This document shows, one piece after another, positions 1-9,538 of a stretch of DNA of 64,000 bases (position 1 is its first letter; each line of letters opens with the position of its first letter). The stretch comes from an uncultured Eubacteriales bacterium (GTDB lineage Bacteria > Bacillota_I > Bacilli_A > RFN20 > UBA1709). Made by a program: the position numbers and the translations under genes. The notes under the pieces were generated by a model, which searched no databases, had not been told where the DNA came from, and worked only from the letters and a program-made list of their open reading frames with translations. Location of the stretch: positions 8,183-72,182 of the forward strand of contig CAYIYR010000003.1 of assembly GCA_964367815.1 (NCBI GenBank), read 5' to 3'.

Positions 1-461
1 GATCCTGACTCCTCATTGCCACCAATAACTATCTTTATTTTTCGTTTTAAAGGGATTTTTAAATCCTTAATAATCTTTAAACCGTAATAAGCCGCAATTG
101 TCGGTCCTTTATCGTCGCTAGTTCCCCGACCATAGATTTTATTATCATGAATCTCAGAACCAAATGGAGGATAAGACCAACCATCACCAACCGGGACTAC
201 ATCGGCATGACCTAAAACCATGACTGTTTCATCCTGATTACCATAGGTAATTTCAACACAATATCCATCATAGTTAACTGCCTCAAAGCCATCTTCTTTA
301 GCCTTTTGGCAAATCCAATCTAAAGTATTTTTGACAGCGTTTCCAAATGGTTGACCATCTTTTGCGGTTTGGCCATCATAGACACCACCAGTTTTGACCC
401 AATCTTGGACATCTTTTACCATGGACTCTTTTCTCTTCTCAACTTCTTTACGTATATCCAT
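1..461 (-). CDS. pepV: M20-family dipeptidase (PepV/Sapep-like), N-terminal ~153 codons; the C-terminus lies beyond the window edge
   Basis: Not in the ORF track because it runs off the edge. Own translation from ATG (459-461, minus): MDIRKEVEKRKESMV...VLGHADVVPVGDGWSYPPF...IYGRGTSDDKGP, typical M20 dipeptidase motifs. GGAGGTG lies 6 nt upstream. Confidence 0.8.
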   Translation of the reverse strand, partial: MDIRKEVEKRKESMVKDVQDWVKTGGVYDGQTAKDGQPFGNAVKNTLDWICQKAKEDGFEAVNYDGYCVEITYGNQDETVMVLGHADVVPVGDGWSYPPFGSEIHDNKIYGRGTSDDKGPTIAAYYGLKIIKDLKIPLKRKIKIVIGGNEESG

Positions 462-473
462 AAGATACACCTC

Positions 474-1088
474 CTATTTCTGCTGAACTGAACCTTTCCC
501 AAAGTTCTTGTTAAATATTCTGATAATTCTCACCACGACTGGCGAAAGAATTGAATTAATCGCAAACTCTAAAACAAAGCTGAAACCAATAACACCTATA
601 AATAAGAAGTAAGCGGCTGTTTTCCCTGATTCAAAGGCTCCAGCGCCAACTGATGCTTCTTGAAAACTCTTGATGATAGGCATGAAAATTATTCCACAAC
701 CCGCTGCAAATAAGCCAGTATTGACAATTGGTGCACTAATCGAAGCAAGTATAACTGCCAATACAAAGTTTTTATTACGCAAAGCCTTAAAAATAAATCC
801 AGCAACAACTCCTGCTGCCGTCGCTTTAACAAGACATACGATTACGGTGGCCACTGGGCTATACGCCATAAAGGCTGCCGCATCAAATAAAGTAACTACT
901 CCCATTGCTAAGCCAACAAAACCACCACCTGATGGTCCATAAATAATCGCTGCTACAACAATAGGAATTAATGATAAGGTAATACTGAATGGTCCAAACT
1001 TAACAAACATTGCAATAACTTGTAGAATTGCGGATAGTGCCATTAAAAAAGCAATACCGGTCATCCGACTAACTTTTGCGTTTCTCAT
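474..1088 (-). CDS. ECF transporter S (substrate-binding) component, possibly pantothenate-specific (PanT-like) by linkage to coaX
   Basis: 204-aa polytopic protein with the Gly/Ala-rich helices typical of ECF S components. It starts 6 nt after the coaX stop, with GGGAGGA inside the coaX 3' end. Substrate assignment is by synteny only. Confidence 0.6.
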   Translation of the reverse strand: MRNAKVSRMTGIAFLMALSAILQVIAMFVKFGPFSITLSLIPIVVAAIIYGPSGGGFVGLAMGVVTLFDAAAFMAYSPVATVIVCLVKATAAGVVAGFIFKALRNKNFVLAVILASISAPIVNTGLFAAGCGIIFMPIIKSFQEASVGAGAFESGKTAAYFLFIGVIGFSFVLEFAINSILSPVVVRIIRIFNKNFGKGSVQQK

Positions 1089-1094
1089 ATTCTA

Positions 1095-1865
1095 TTATTC
1101 CTCCCGATTAAGAAGATAAATCTCGTGTAATCCATAAAAGATTAAACTTTTATCAATAATATGCTCTTCCTCGACGGCTACAGCGATGGTAGTAGCGAGA
1201 CCGCCCGTTAAAATACGAGTACACTTGGCCTTCATCTCTTTTTCAAACTTTTGAATCATACCATCAATCATCGAAGCCGTACCATTAATCACGCCAGAGT
1301 TCATACAGTCTGGTGTATTATTACACGCAATTTTCTTGGGTTTTATCAAGGAAATATGCGGCAATTGTGATGCAATACGCACTAAGCTATCAACCGAAGT
1401 CTTCACTCCAGGTAAAATAGCACATCCTGAATAAACCCCTTTGGGATCTATTGCAAGAATTTTCGTGGCGGTACCTAAATCTACAATCACCATTGGTGGT
1501 TTGTACTTTTTGTTTGCACCAACACAGGCAGCGACCAAATCAGAGCCAACTTCGTTAGGATTGTCAGCTCTTATGACTAAACCGGTTTTAAAACCTGGCC
1601 CGAGAATCATTGGTTTTTTGCCAAAAATTCTCTTAACAGCTGATTCCACTACTTTAGTAAGCTGAGGAACTACTGAAGATAAAATTGTACCATCAATCTG
1701 ATCTGCAGTAATTTCCTTAGAAAAAAGTAATTCTTTTATTGTCTTGGCGTATTCATCAACACTGCGGTAACGATCAGAACTAGTTCTAAAACTCGCTATC
1801 ATTTCATTGTCTTTGAATACAGCAAACGACAAATCAGAATTACCCAAGTCAAAAGTAATTATCAT
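1095..1865 (-). CDS. coaX: Type III pantothenate kinase
   Basis: N-terminus MIITFDLGNSDLSF (the DxGNS/T phosphate-1 motif of CoaX/ASKHA fold) and a ...DLGTATK... motif. Start moved to the internal ATG at 1865, preceded by GGAGGAAAACGC. The 15-codon upstream extension has no RBS. Confidence 0.85.
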   Translation of the reverse strand: MIITFDLGNSDLSFAVFKDNEMIASFRTSSDRYRSVDEYAKTIKELLFSKEITADQIDGTILSSVVPQLTKVVESAVKRIFGKKPMILGPGFKTGLVIRADNPNEVGSDLVAACVGANKKYKPPMVIVDLGTATKILAIDPKGVYSGCAILPGVKTSVDSLVRIASQLPHISLIKPKKIACNNTPDCMNSGVINGTASMIDGMIQKFEKEMKAKCTRILTGGLATTIAVAVEEEHIIDKSLIFYGLHEIYLLNREE

Positions 1866-1951
1866 GCGTTTTCCTCCTTGTTCCCATCTGCTAGTTGCAG
1901 TACAGGACAAAGTAATTATAATTCTACAATCATAGATTGTCTACATAAAAA

Positions 1952-2188
1952 CTATCGAAAGCGGTATCGACGTTCTTTTTTTACTATTCCATCATGCTTT
2001 TCTTCGACTCTATAGACAATTAAAGCACTATAACAATAAATTTGTTCGCCTGTAGAGGATAAAAAGGCATTGATTGAATATTTAATGTCAATAAAATTAT
2101 GAGGATCCAAATCATCAAGAAAGTCATTAACACTATCTTCGAGGTCTTGCTCGTGTTCTTCATCGATTACTCGTACTTGTATAAGCAT
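1952..2188 (-). CDS. Cse60 (YteV)-like small sporulation protein
   Basis: MLIQVRVIDEEHEQDLEDSVNDFL...IDIKYS...GEQIYCYSALIVYR matches my recollection of the Cse60 family pattern (VKxFDxxHEKDLE...DIKYQ...YCFSALIxY). ATG at 2188 is preceded by GGTGAT. Confidence 0.55.
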   Translation of the reverse strand: MLIQVRVIDEEHEQDLEDSVNDFLDDLDPHNFIDIKYSINAFLSSTGEQIYCYSALIVYRVEEKHDGIVKKERRYRFR

Positions 2189-2235
2189 TTCTATCACCAA
2201 CAATATAATATCTTACATTTCATAGATAGTTTGTC

Positions 2236-2263
2236 GAAAAAAGGCTTCCCATCAAGGAAGCCT
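2236..2263 (-). terminator. Rho-independent terminator downstream of leuS
   Basis: Minus strand reads GGCTTCC-TTGATG-GGAAGCC followed by TTTTTTCG. Confidence 0.75.
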
Positions 2264-2291
2264 TTCACAGCATTATTTAACTTAAAAACTA

Positions 2292-4697
2292 CTAAATTGC
2301 AACTATATTAACAATTCTATTAGGAACTACTATGACTTTCTTAATAGTTTTGCCATCCGTATGAGCTTTGACTGTATCGATTGCAAAGGCAGCTTTTTGC
2401 ATTTCTTCATTGCTACTATCCTTCGCAATTTTGAAGGTTCCTCTTAATTTTCCATTAACTTGGACAGCTATTTCAATTTCTTGATCGACTGTCTTCGCAT
2501 CATCATACTCTGGCCACTTAGCTGCGACCAAACACTCTTTGTTCCCTAGCATTTCATTAATTTCTTCGCAAACATGAGGAGCAAATGGATCTAATAACTT
2601 AATTAATACTTCCAAATCGGCTTTTGTCAGCTTATCGCATTTGACATATTCATTGCTCAAAGTCATCAATTTTGAAATTGCAGTATTGAATTTAACATTT
2701 TCGATGTCATTAGAGACCTCTTTAATTGTTTTATGGATAATATTTTCAAGCTCTTTAGTATAATTGTCACCGGGTACTACCTTTTCTAAGAAGCGATAAG
2801 TTCTTTCTAAGAAGCGCTTGCAGCCTTTAATCCCCGCTTCGCTCCATGGTGTCGGTTGTTCATAATCGCCCAAGAACATAACATAGGTTCTCAGGGTATC
2901 AGCACCATATTCATTAACCATAGTTAATGGATCAACACCATTGCCACGAGACTTTGACATTTTCTCACCATCTTCGCCGAGAATAAGTCCAACAGTAGTT
3001 CTCTTAGCATATGGCTCTTTTACTGGAACTAAACCTTGATCAAATAGGAAATGATTCCAAAAGCGTGAATAAATCATATGACGAGTAACGTGTTCCATGC
3101 CACCATTGTACCAATCAACTGGTAACCAATACTTCATCTTTTCATAATTTGCAAACTCTTTATCATTGTTTGGATCACAATATCTTAGGAAATACCAGCT
3201 GGAGCCAGCCCATTGAGGCATAGTGTCAGTCTCTCTTTTAGCTTGAGCGCCACAATTGGGGCATTTAACTTCTACCCAATCTTTCAGATTGGCAAGTGGA
3301 GATTGTCCCTCTTCCCCAGGTTGGAATTGTTCAACATATGGAAGTTCTAAAGGCAAATTATTGTCAGCGACATATCCACAGTTTGGACAATTGATAACTG
3401 GAATTGGTTCGCCCCAATAACGTTGACGATTAAAGGCCCAATCTTTCATCTTATAATTGACCATCTTATGTCCAATCTTTTTCTCTTCTAAATATTCAAT
3501 GACCTTTTCTTTGGCTTGCTGGACTGATAAACCATTTAGGAATCCAGAATTAATTAAAACTCCTTCTTCAACATCAGTATAAGCAGCTTCTTCAATGTTT
3601 CCTCCCGCAATTACTTCAATGACGGGTAAACTGAATTTCTTTGCAAAATCATAATCTCTTGTATCATGAGCAGGGACGGCCATAATCGCACCAGTTCCAT
3701 AACCCATCATGACATAATCAGCGACAAAGATTGGTATTTCTTTACCAGTCAATGGATTAACGCCAGTTACGCCAGCGATTTTTACACCAGTCTTATCTTT
3801 ATTCACTTGGATTCTTTCAAACTCGGTCTTCTTCTGCGTTTTATCTTTATAGACTTCTATCTCATCGTAATTAGTTATCATGTTCTTTAATTTTTCGACT
3901 AATGGATGCTCAGGAGCAATAACCATAAAAGTTGCGCCGAATAAGGTATCTGGTCTAGTAGTAAAAACTACTAGTGTATCATCTGTCTGTTTAATTTTAA
4001 AAGTTACTTCAGCACCTGTGGATTTACCGATCCAATTAATTTGCTCGCTTTTGATTCTTGGCGAATAATTAACATGATTCAAGCCTTCCAATAAGCTTTC
4101 TGAATAGTCAGTAATCTTTAAGAACCAAACATCCTTCTCCTTTTGAATTACTTCACTTCCGCAGCGATCACAGTGTCCACCTTGCGAATCTTCGTTTGCT
4201 AATACTACCTTGCAATTTGGACAGTAATTCACGTATGTATGTGATTTGTACGCTAATCCTTTTTCAAATAATTTCAAAAATATCCATTGAGTCCACTTGT
4301 AGAAAGAAGGCTCAGTTGTATCTACTACTCTAGAAAAGTCAAAGGAAAAACCCGTGCATTTCAATTGATTAGTAAATACTTTAATATTCGTATCTGTCAC
4401 TTTCCGTGGATGAATACCAGTTTTTAAAGCATAGTTTTCTGTTGGAAGCCCAAAAGCATCAAATCCAATGGGGAATAACACATTGTAACCTTCCATTCTT
4501 CTTTTTCTAGATACTACGTCTAGCGATGTATAGGCTTTTATATGTCCCATATGCATTCCGGTCCCCGATGGATAAGGGAATTCTATCAAAGTGTAATACT
4601 TGGGACGGCTATCAAAGTCAATCGCCTTAAAGCAATCATGACTATACCAATAGTCCTGCCATTTCTTCTCTGTACTCTTTACATCATAATTTTCCAT
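2292..4697 (-). CDS. leuS: Leucine--tRNA ligase
   Basis: 801 aa; HIGH-type motif PYPSGTGMHMGHIKAY, KMSKS motif EKMSKSRGN, and the zinc-type CPNC...CDRC insertions typical of bacterial LeuRS. Confidence 0.97.
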   Translation of the reverse strand: MENYDVKSTEKKWQDYWYSHDCFKAIDFDSRPKYYTLIEFPYPSGTGMHMGHIKAYTSLDVVSRKRRMEGYNVLFPIGFDAFGLPTENYALKTGIHPRKVTDTNIKVFTNQLKCTGFSFDFSRVVDTTEPSFYKWTQWIFLKLFEKGLAYKSHTYVNYCPNCKVVLANEDSQGGHCDRCGSEVIQKEKDVWFLKITDYSESLLEGLNHVNYSPRIKSEQINWIGKSTGAEVTFKIKQTDDTLVVFTTRPDTLFGATFMVIAPEHPLVEKLKNMITNYDEIEVYKDKTQKKTEFERIQVNKDKTGVKIAGVTGVNPLTGKEIPIFVADYVMMGYGTGAIMAVPAHDTRDYDFAKKFSLPVIEVIAGGNIEEAAYTDVEEGVLINSGFLNGLSVQQAKEKVIEYLEEKKIGHKMVNYKMKDWAFNRQRYWGEPIPVINCPNCGYVADNNLPLELPYVEQFQPGEEGQSPLANLKDWVEVKCPNCGAQAKRETDTMPQWAGSSWYFLRYCDPNNDKEFANYEKMKYWLPVDWYNGGMEHVTRHMIYSRFWNHFLFDQGLVPVKEPYAKRTTVGLILGEDGEKMSKSRGNGVDPLTMVNEYGADTLRTYVMFLGDYEQPTPWSEAGIKGCKRFLERTYRFLEKVVPGDNYTKELENIIHKTIKEVSNDIENVKFNTAISKLMTLSNEYVKCDKLTKADLEVLIKLLDPFAPHVCEEINEMLGNKECLVAAKWPEYDDAKTVDQEIEIAVQVNGKLRGTFKIAKDSSNEEMQKAAFAIDTVKAHTDGKTIKKVIVVPNRIVNIVAI

Positions 4698-4715
4698 ATT
4701 TTTTCCTCCAAAGCA

Positions 4716-4900
4716 TAAAAAAACGTCCCAAATAGGAACGATTTAACGCGGTACCATCCTAATTCACGGTAATTTATTTGCCGTGCTCTTAATTGCTCGT
4801 TAACGCCGACAACGGTAAACTCCACAGTTGAGATAGAGACTCTTCAATTGCTTTACACCAACCAGCAACTCGCTAAATGATCAAGACTCTTTATTCTGCT
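4716..4900 (-). promoter_or_regulatory. T-box leader (tRNA-sensing transcription attenuator) of leuS
   Basis: Minus strand shows TTAGCGAG (AG bulge), GCTGGTTGGTGTAAAGC (distal loop) and the T-box sequence AGGATGGTACCGCG (4748-4761). A terminator hairpin CGTTCC-TATT-TGGGACG plus a T-run lies just before the RBS. CUC/CUA triplets occur in ...GAGTCTCTATCTCAAC..., but I cannot fix the specifier by eye. Confidence 0.85.
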
Positions 4901-4943
4901 TCTTTATTTACAAACGTTATTATAGCCAAGAAGAAGCGTAAAA

Positions 4944-6506
4944 TCAATGGCTTTCTTCTACTTTTCTTCTTTTGATAAGTCGATTGCTAGTTTCTATTAT
5001 TGTCATTAATCCAATTAGTGCTAGTAACAGCATAAAAGGCAGAATTACATAAATGTAACGACTCTTTAGTTCCCATAAACAATAGAAAGCCATTGTTCCG
5101 CCAATAATAGTCGTTGCTATATGAGGCTTCTTATATTGGCGAATAATACCAATCATCGCCAAGAAAAGAATAAACATGTTAGTCACGTATTGATAGTCAA
5201 TGATTGAACGTCTAAGCAAAGAGTTTTCACCTTCCAATAACTTTGTTACAAAAGTTGAATAATACCAAGCCCCGATGCCATTATATTTTTTTGTGGCTTC
5301 AACACCAATCCCATTAAGTTCGATTTGGAAAGTTCCTTCACCGTATTGATAGCGCATCTTATCGAGAAATAGTTTTAAAATTCCGCCGAGTTTCTCACTA
5401 TTCATAATATTTTTAATATTATCCCAATAATATGCTTTCTTTTCCGCAACAGATAAGGCATCACTTTTCCAAATATCTAAAATTCCATAACCTGTCCAAT
5501 ATCCTAGCGGACCAGTTAAGCCCATTTGAATCCATGAGGTAATAGGCATGCCATTGCTCCCGACCGGTAGTGATAAGGAAAATACGGCGGCAGCAATTAA
5601 ATCAAATCCTAAGTTGACAAAGATAAAAACTACGATACCACCGACAAAATAGTACCATCTATTAAAACCTCTTTGATATAAATAATAAAGTGTCATTGCA
5701 ATCAGAACAATAAGACCTACACCTCGAAAAGCATTTCCAACTCCCACTAGCGCATAGCCAAGAATGAGATCTTTTTTTCTTCCCTCTTCGTTAAAATAGT
5801 TTAGGAAGTAATAGATTCCCATTACAAAAAAGAATGTTCCAATTACATCGCCATATATTAGATTAACCATAAAAATGATTGGTAATGAAGTAAAACATAG
5901 CAAATATAACAAAGTTATATACTGCTTTTTCTCTTTGAAGATAAGAGCAAATATTTTGCCCAAATAATAAATCATCAAAGTTGTGCAAATAATCTGAATT
6001 ACTCTAACTAGGACAGTCCCAATTACCATTCCAACCATCTCATCGATAATAGTAAAAACATAGAGGGGTAAGAACGCTAAAACTGTGCCGATATTATTTG
6101 GATAGAGATCTAAATAGTCGTTATGTTCAAAAGCCGATCTAATACCCTGCCAATATTCGGTTGGGATACGTATTATATTAGCTTGATCAGCGTATGCCGC
6201 AACTGGTATTAAGGCACATATAATAAATATTATTATTGGTGCAATTACGAGAATAAGTTTATTCACTTTTGCAAGATTGCAATGCTTTGTAAGAATTTTG
6301 AAAAATATAACAAGTGCAACAAAATATACGATTGCTCCTATCACATACCAAATCGATACTAACCTTTCTTTTCCTTCGATAAAAAGCGGATAATCAAACC
6401 CCCACGAAGGTCTTGCTATGAATAGATTAGATATCAGCGTATAACCAAACAGCATGAATACAATTCCTGCTGCTATTAATCCTATAATCTTCCCGACTTT
6501 TCTCAT
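4944..6506 (-). CDS. Large polytopic membrane protein, possibly a GT-C-type (family 39/ArnT-like) glycosyltransferase
   Basis: 520 aa with more than 10 hydrophobic segments plus one larger loop region. The architecture resembles GT-C enzymes, but I recognise no diagnostic motif. Confidence 0.3.
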   Translation of the reverse strand: MRKVGKIIGLIAAGIVFMLFGYTLISNLFIARPSWGFDYPLFIEGKERLVSIWYVIGAIVYFVALVIFFKILTKHCNLAKVNKLILVIAPIIIFIICALIPVAAYADQANIIRIPTEYWQGIRSAFEHNDYLDLYPNNIGTVLAFLPLYVFTIIDEMVGMVIGTVLVRVIQIICTTLMIYYLGKIFALIFKEKKQYITLLYLLCFTSLPIIFMVNLIYGDVIGTFFFVMGIYYFLNYFNEEGRKKDLILGYALVGVGNAFRGVGLIVLIAMTLYYLYQRGFNRWYYFVGGIVVFIFVNLGFDLIAAAVFSLSLPVGSNGMPITSWIQMGLTGPLGYWTGYGILDIWKSDALSVAEKKAYYWDNIKNIMNSEKLGGILKLFLDKMRYQYGEGTFQIELNGIGVEATKKYNGIGAWYYSTFVTKLLEGENSLLRRSIIDYQYVTNMFILFLAMIGIIRQYKKPHIATTIIGGTMAFYCLWELKSRYIYVILPFMLLLALIGLMTIIETSNRLIKRRKVEESH

Positions 6507-6552
6507 GGCGTTTCACCTGCTCACACTTTACCACAAAGCAGGTAAATTGCAA

Positions 6553-7767
6553 CTAGAATATTAGACTGTGGGAGGCTAATCTATTCATCAATTCAGCAAT
6601 TACCTGCTCCTCTGTTTGCTTATTATCGGCATAAAATGCCGCTGATAAACGAATGAAATGACCATTATCATCATAAGGAATAACAAAAATTGATTCATTT
6701 GTAAGTAGCCAGATGGCAAACTCTTTGGCACTATTAATTGATATGTTATCAACTTTGGTAGGCACTCTTATGTACAAATAATAGCCTCCGCCGACTCTCG
6801 GTATGTTGAATCCAAGCCCTTTTAGGCCTTCTGAAAGCTTTTCTATCCTTTGGGAATATAGGAATGCCATTTCTTCATTTTTGTTTGATTCTAAAGCTTT
6901 AATCGCTGCTTTCTGAATTGGTATGAACTGGCCTGAATCACAATTATCCTTCACAGTTGCTAAAAGCTTGATTATTTTGGCATTGCCACAAGCAAAGCCG
7001 ATTCTCCATCCTGTCATATTAAAACCTTTCGATAAAGTATGAATTTCAATTCCAACATTTTTAGCATGATTAACGCTAAGAAAAGAGATCCTATCTTTCT
7101 TGTCATAAACAAGTGGCAAATAAGCGGCATCATTAACAATGACAATATTGTTTCTTTCTGCTATTTTTATCGCATTCTCATAAATGGTACGGTTTGGCAA
7201 CTGTCCTGTAGGATTATTTGGATAATTCAAATAGATTATTTTTGCTTCTTGATAATGTTTTTCATCGATTTGATTAAATAGAGGATAAAAACTATTACTT
7301 TCTTCCAGAGGAAGATGAATGATTTTTGCTCCTAACCATTTAGCTGAATTTTCTAGAACAGTATAGCCAGGAGAGCAGCTTATAACATTATCTCCTTGAT
7401 TAACAAAGCATAGTGGAAGATAGGCCAGCGCAGATTTCGCTCCCATAATTGGTAAGATTTCTGTTTGCCAATCTAGATCTACATCGTATTTCTTCTTCAT
7501 ATAATGCATCGCTGCGATTTTAAAGTCATCTATGCCATTGTCAGCGTAGAACCTGTTCTGTGGCATCAATGCCTCACTATACATAGTATCTATCACTTGG
7601 ATATCGGCCATATCGGCTGGCTCACCTATCCCAAAATCGAGAATTTGCTTATCTGAGATAGTTGAAATAGATTTTTTTAATTGAATTAATTCAGTAAATC
7701 GATAAATATTAGGATTTTCAAAAAAATTTGCTCCGCCTAAGCGTTTGCTTACAAGATCTTCAATCAT
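6553..7767 (-). CDS. dapL: Class I/II PLP aminotransferase, probably LL-diaminopimelate aminotransferase (DapL type)
   Basis: PLP-lysine motif LSKGFNMTGWRIGF, NYPNNPTG motif and GIGEP N-terminal motif. It overlaps dapF by 8 nt in an aspartokinase-dapF-aminotransferase operon. Confidence 0.6.
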   Translation of the reverse strand: MIEDLVSKRLGGANFFENPNIYRFTELIQLKKSISTISDKQILDFGIGEPADMADIQVIDTMYSEALMPQNRFYADNGIDDFKIAAMHYMKKKYDVDLDWQTEILPIMGAKSALAYLPLCFVNQGDNVISCSPGYTVLENSAKWLGAKIIHLPLEESNSFYPLFNQIDEKHYQEAKIIYLNYPNNPTGQLPNRTIYENAIKIAERNNIVIVNDAAYLPLVYDKKDRISFLSVNHAKNVGIEIHTLSKGFNMTGWRIGFACGNAKIIKLLATVKDNCDSGQFIPIQKAAIKALESNKNEEMAFLYSQRIEKLSEGLKGLGFNIPRVGGGYYLYIRVPTKVDNISINSAKEFAIWLLTNESIFVIPYDDNGHFIRLSAAFYADNKQTEEQVIAELMNRLASHSLIF

Positions 7768-8512
7768 CTATTGTCACTCCTTTGTAAACGATCGTAGGTG
7801 TTCCCTTCAACATAATATGATTATCATTTGTCTCTTCGAGAAATAAAGCACCTCCCCGACACTGAGCGATGGCAGTACGCATAATAGAGTTTATACTACG
7901 CAATACATAGTAAGATGCGGTAGAGGCACTTCCACAACTGTTAGTCTCTCCTACTCCTTTCTCATAAGTACGTATTTTAAATTCCCCCATATTTATCAGT
8001 GAAATCACAGAAATGTTCCCTTGAAATACAGGTGAAATTAATGGTAGTATTTGCTCAAAGTGAACCTTTTCTACATCTTTAACACGGGCTATTGCGTGCT
8101 TATTACCAACATCAACAGTTGTAAAAAGCATTCCCTTGAAAGGACCAAATTCTTCACCAATATTAGTTATTAATGGCATTTGAGCACAAACAAGCATATC
8201 CTCATAATGTATTTCTGCTTGACCTCCTATTGTATTAACAATAAAAGATTTGTTTTCTGTAATCTGTCTAATCAACTCGCCGATACACAACAAACCATTT
8301 CCACACATAGAAGCACTAGTGCCGTCTGCATTGTAAAAAAAAGCGGTATAAGCCGCATTATCTTGCTTTATTAGTATTAATCCATCTGCTCCAATTGAGA
8401 ATGCTCTTTTACATAACCTCTTTGCTATCTCATTATAATTCACTGATAAACTGTTTTCGATAAGAGAAATGATAAAATCATTTCCATTATTGTTGACCTT
8501 CCAAAATATCAT
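7760..8512 (-). CDS. dapF: Diaminopimelate epimerase
   Basis: N-terminal NNNGNDFI, first catalytic Cys in SMCGNGLLC, second in TNSCGSASTA; 250 aa. Confidence 0.85.
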   Translation of the reverse strand: MIFWKVNNNGNDFIISLIENSLSVNYNEIAKRLCKRAFSIGADGLILIKQDNAAYTAFFYNADGTSASMCGNGLLCIGELIRQITENKSFIVNTIGGQAEIHYEDMLVCAQMPLITNIGEEFGPFKGMLFTTVDVGNKHAIARVKDVEKVHFEQILPLISPVFQGNISVISLINMGEFKIRTYEKGVGETNSCGSASTASYYVLRSINSIMRTAIAQCRGGALFLEETNDNHIMLKGTPTIVYKGVTIDD

Positions 8513-9473
8513 TATTTTTCTCCTTGCTAGCAGTAATGAATTCAGTATGTAGCTGATTGGCTATTCCACTGATTAGTTCATCCTGTATATTAATACATAT
8601 GCCCTTTTCAAATGGTCTAATGCTCTTTGGCTTTATTGGATTTAGAAAATTAATTATTTCATTGATGGAAGACGAATCGTTTTTGCCAAGTAAATAAATC
8701 TTTTTTTCAAATATTGAAATGCTATAAAACTTTCTGCAGCACCTGACATCACTCACAATGGTCTTGTTTCTAGAATATATTGAATTCTTTACTATTAGTT
8801 TTATATTATTGCTTTTAGCATACTCGACTGCTCTATTTTGAACAACTTGATTGCCAAGACTAGTCATGCATAATAGTTGATCATAACTTAGGCTCTCTAA
8901 AAGAATCGGCAAAGAAAAATCATGTGGATCACCGCTTAACACTCCCTGGACATCCTTAATCAATTCTACTTCATCTACATTAAGCATTTTGGCAACTGTT
9001 ACAGCCGTAAGATCACTTCCGCCACGTCCAAGTGTAGTAATATTAAAATTGATATCATGTCCTTGAAATCCTGGAACAAATAGGATTTTATTTTCACATA
9101 ATTTAGCTAATAAACTACTAATTTCATACTTTATTATTGCAGAGTGTCCAAAATCGCTATCAGTTATGATGCCGAGTTCAGAGTTACTTATAGCAGCACA
9201 GTTGAGTCCTTTAAGCCTTCCTTCGTTGGTCATAATATGAGTAGATACCGTTTCTCCTACCGATGAAAGTAAATCTTTTTCCTTACTAGTAAGCGCATTT
9301 GCATAAGACAAAAGAGTATCAGTTGCATATTGATCTCCGTCCCTACCTATGGCAGAACATACTACTATTAGTTTTGATGTCTTTGCGGCACGTGATAATT
9401 GTTTATATATTGCCTGCCTAAGTTCTTTAGTACGTAAACTGTTGCCACCATATTTAATGATTCTTATTCGCAA
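8487..9473 (-). CDS. Aspartate kinase, unusually short (328 aa, apparently a single ACT-like tail)
   Basis: IIKYGGNSL (amino-acid kinase N-motif) and TLGRGGSDLTAVTVA. TTG start preceded by AGAGGGA. Only ~85 aa follow the catalytic domain. Confidence 0.8.
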   Translation of the reverse strand: MRIRIIKYGGNSLRTKELRQAIYKQLSRAAKTSKLIVVCSAIGRDGDQYATDTLLSYANALTSKEKDLLSSVGETVSTHIMTNEGRLKGLNCAAISNSELGIITDSDFGHSAIIKYEISSLLAKLCENKILFVPGFQGHDINFNITTLGRGGSDLTAVTVAKMLNVDEVELIKDVQGVLSGDPHDFSLPILLESLSYDQLLCMTSLGNQVVQNRAVEYAKSNNIKLIVKNSIYSRNKTIVSDVRCCRKFYSISIFEKKIYLLGKNDSSSINEIINFLNPIKPKSIRPFEKGICINIQDELISGIANQLHTEFITASKEKNNDILEGQQ

Positions 9474-9538
9474 CGCTATCCCTCTTTTCGCCTATTAGAA
9501 TATATGCAAAAATAGGCGAATGTGTTATACTCAAAACG

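Noticed and set aside
4780-4860. Attempt to name the exact specifier codon of the leuS T-box.
   Set aside because: Several CUC/CUA triplets occur in GAGTCTCTATCTCAAC. Without a proper Stem I fold I cannot choose between them, so only the T-box itself is reported.
9474-9538. Expected L-box (lysine riboswitch) upstream of the aspartokinase gene.
   Set aside because: The spacer is only 65 nt and shows a small hairpin (CGCCTATT...AATAGGCG) plus promoter-like elements. It is far too short for the ~180-nt L-box.
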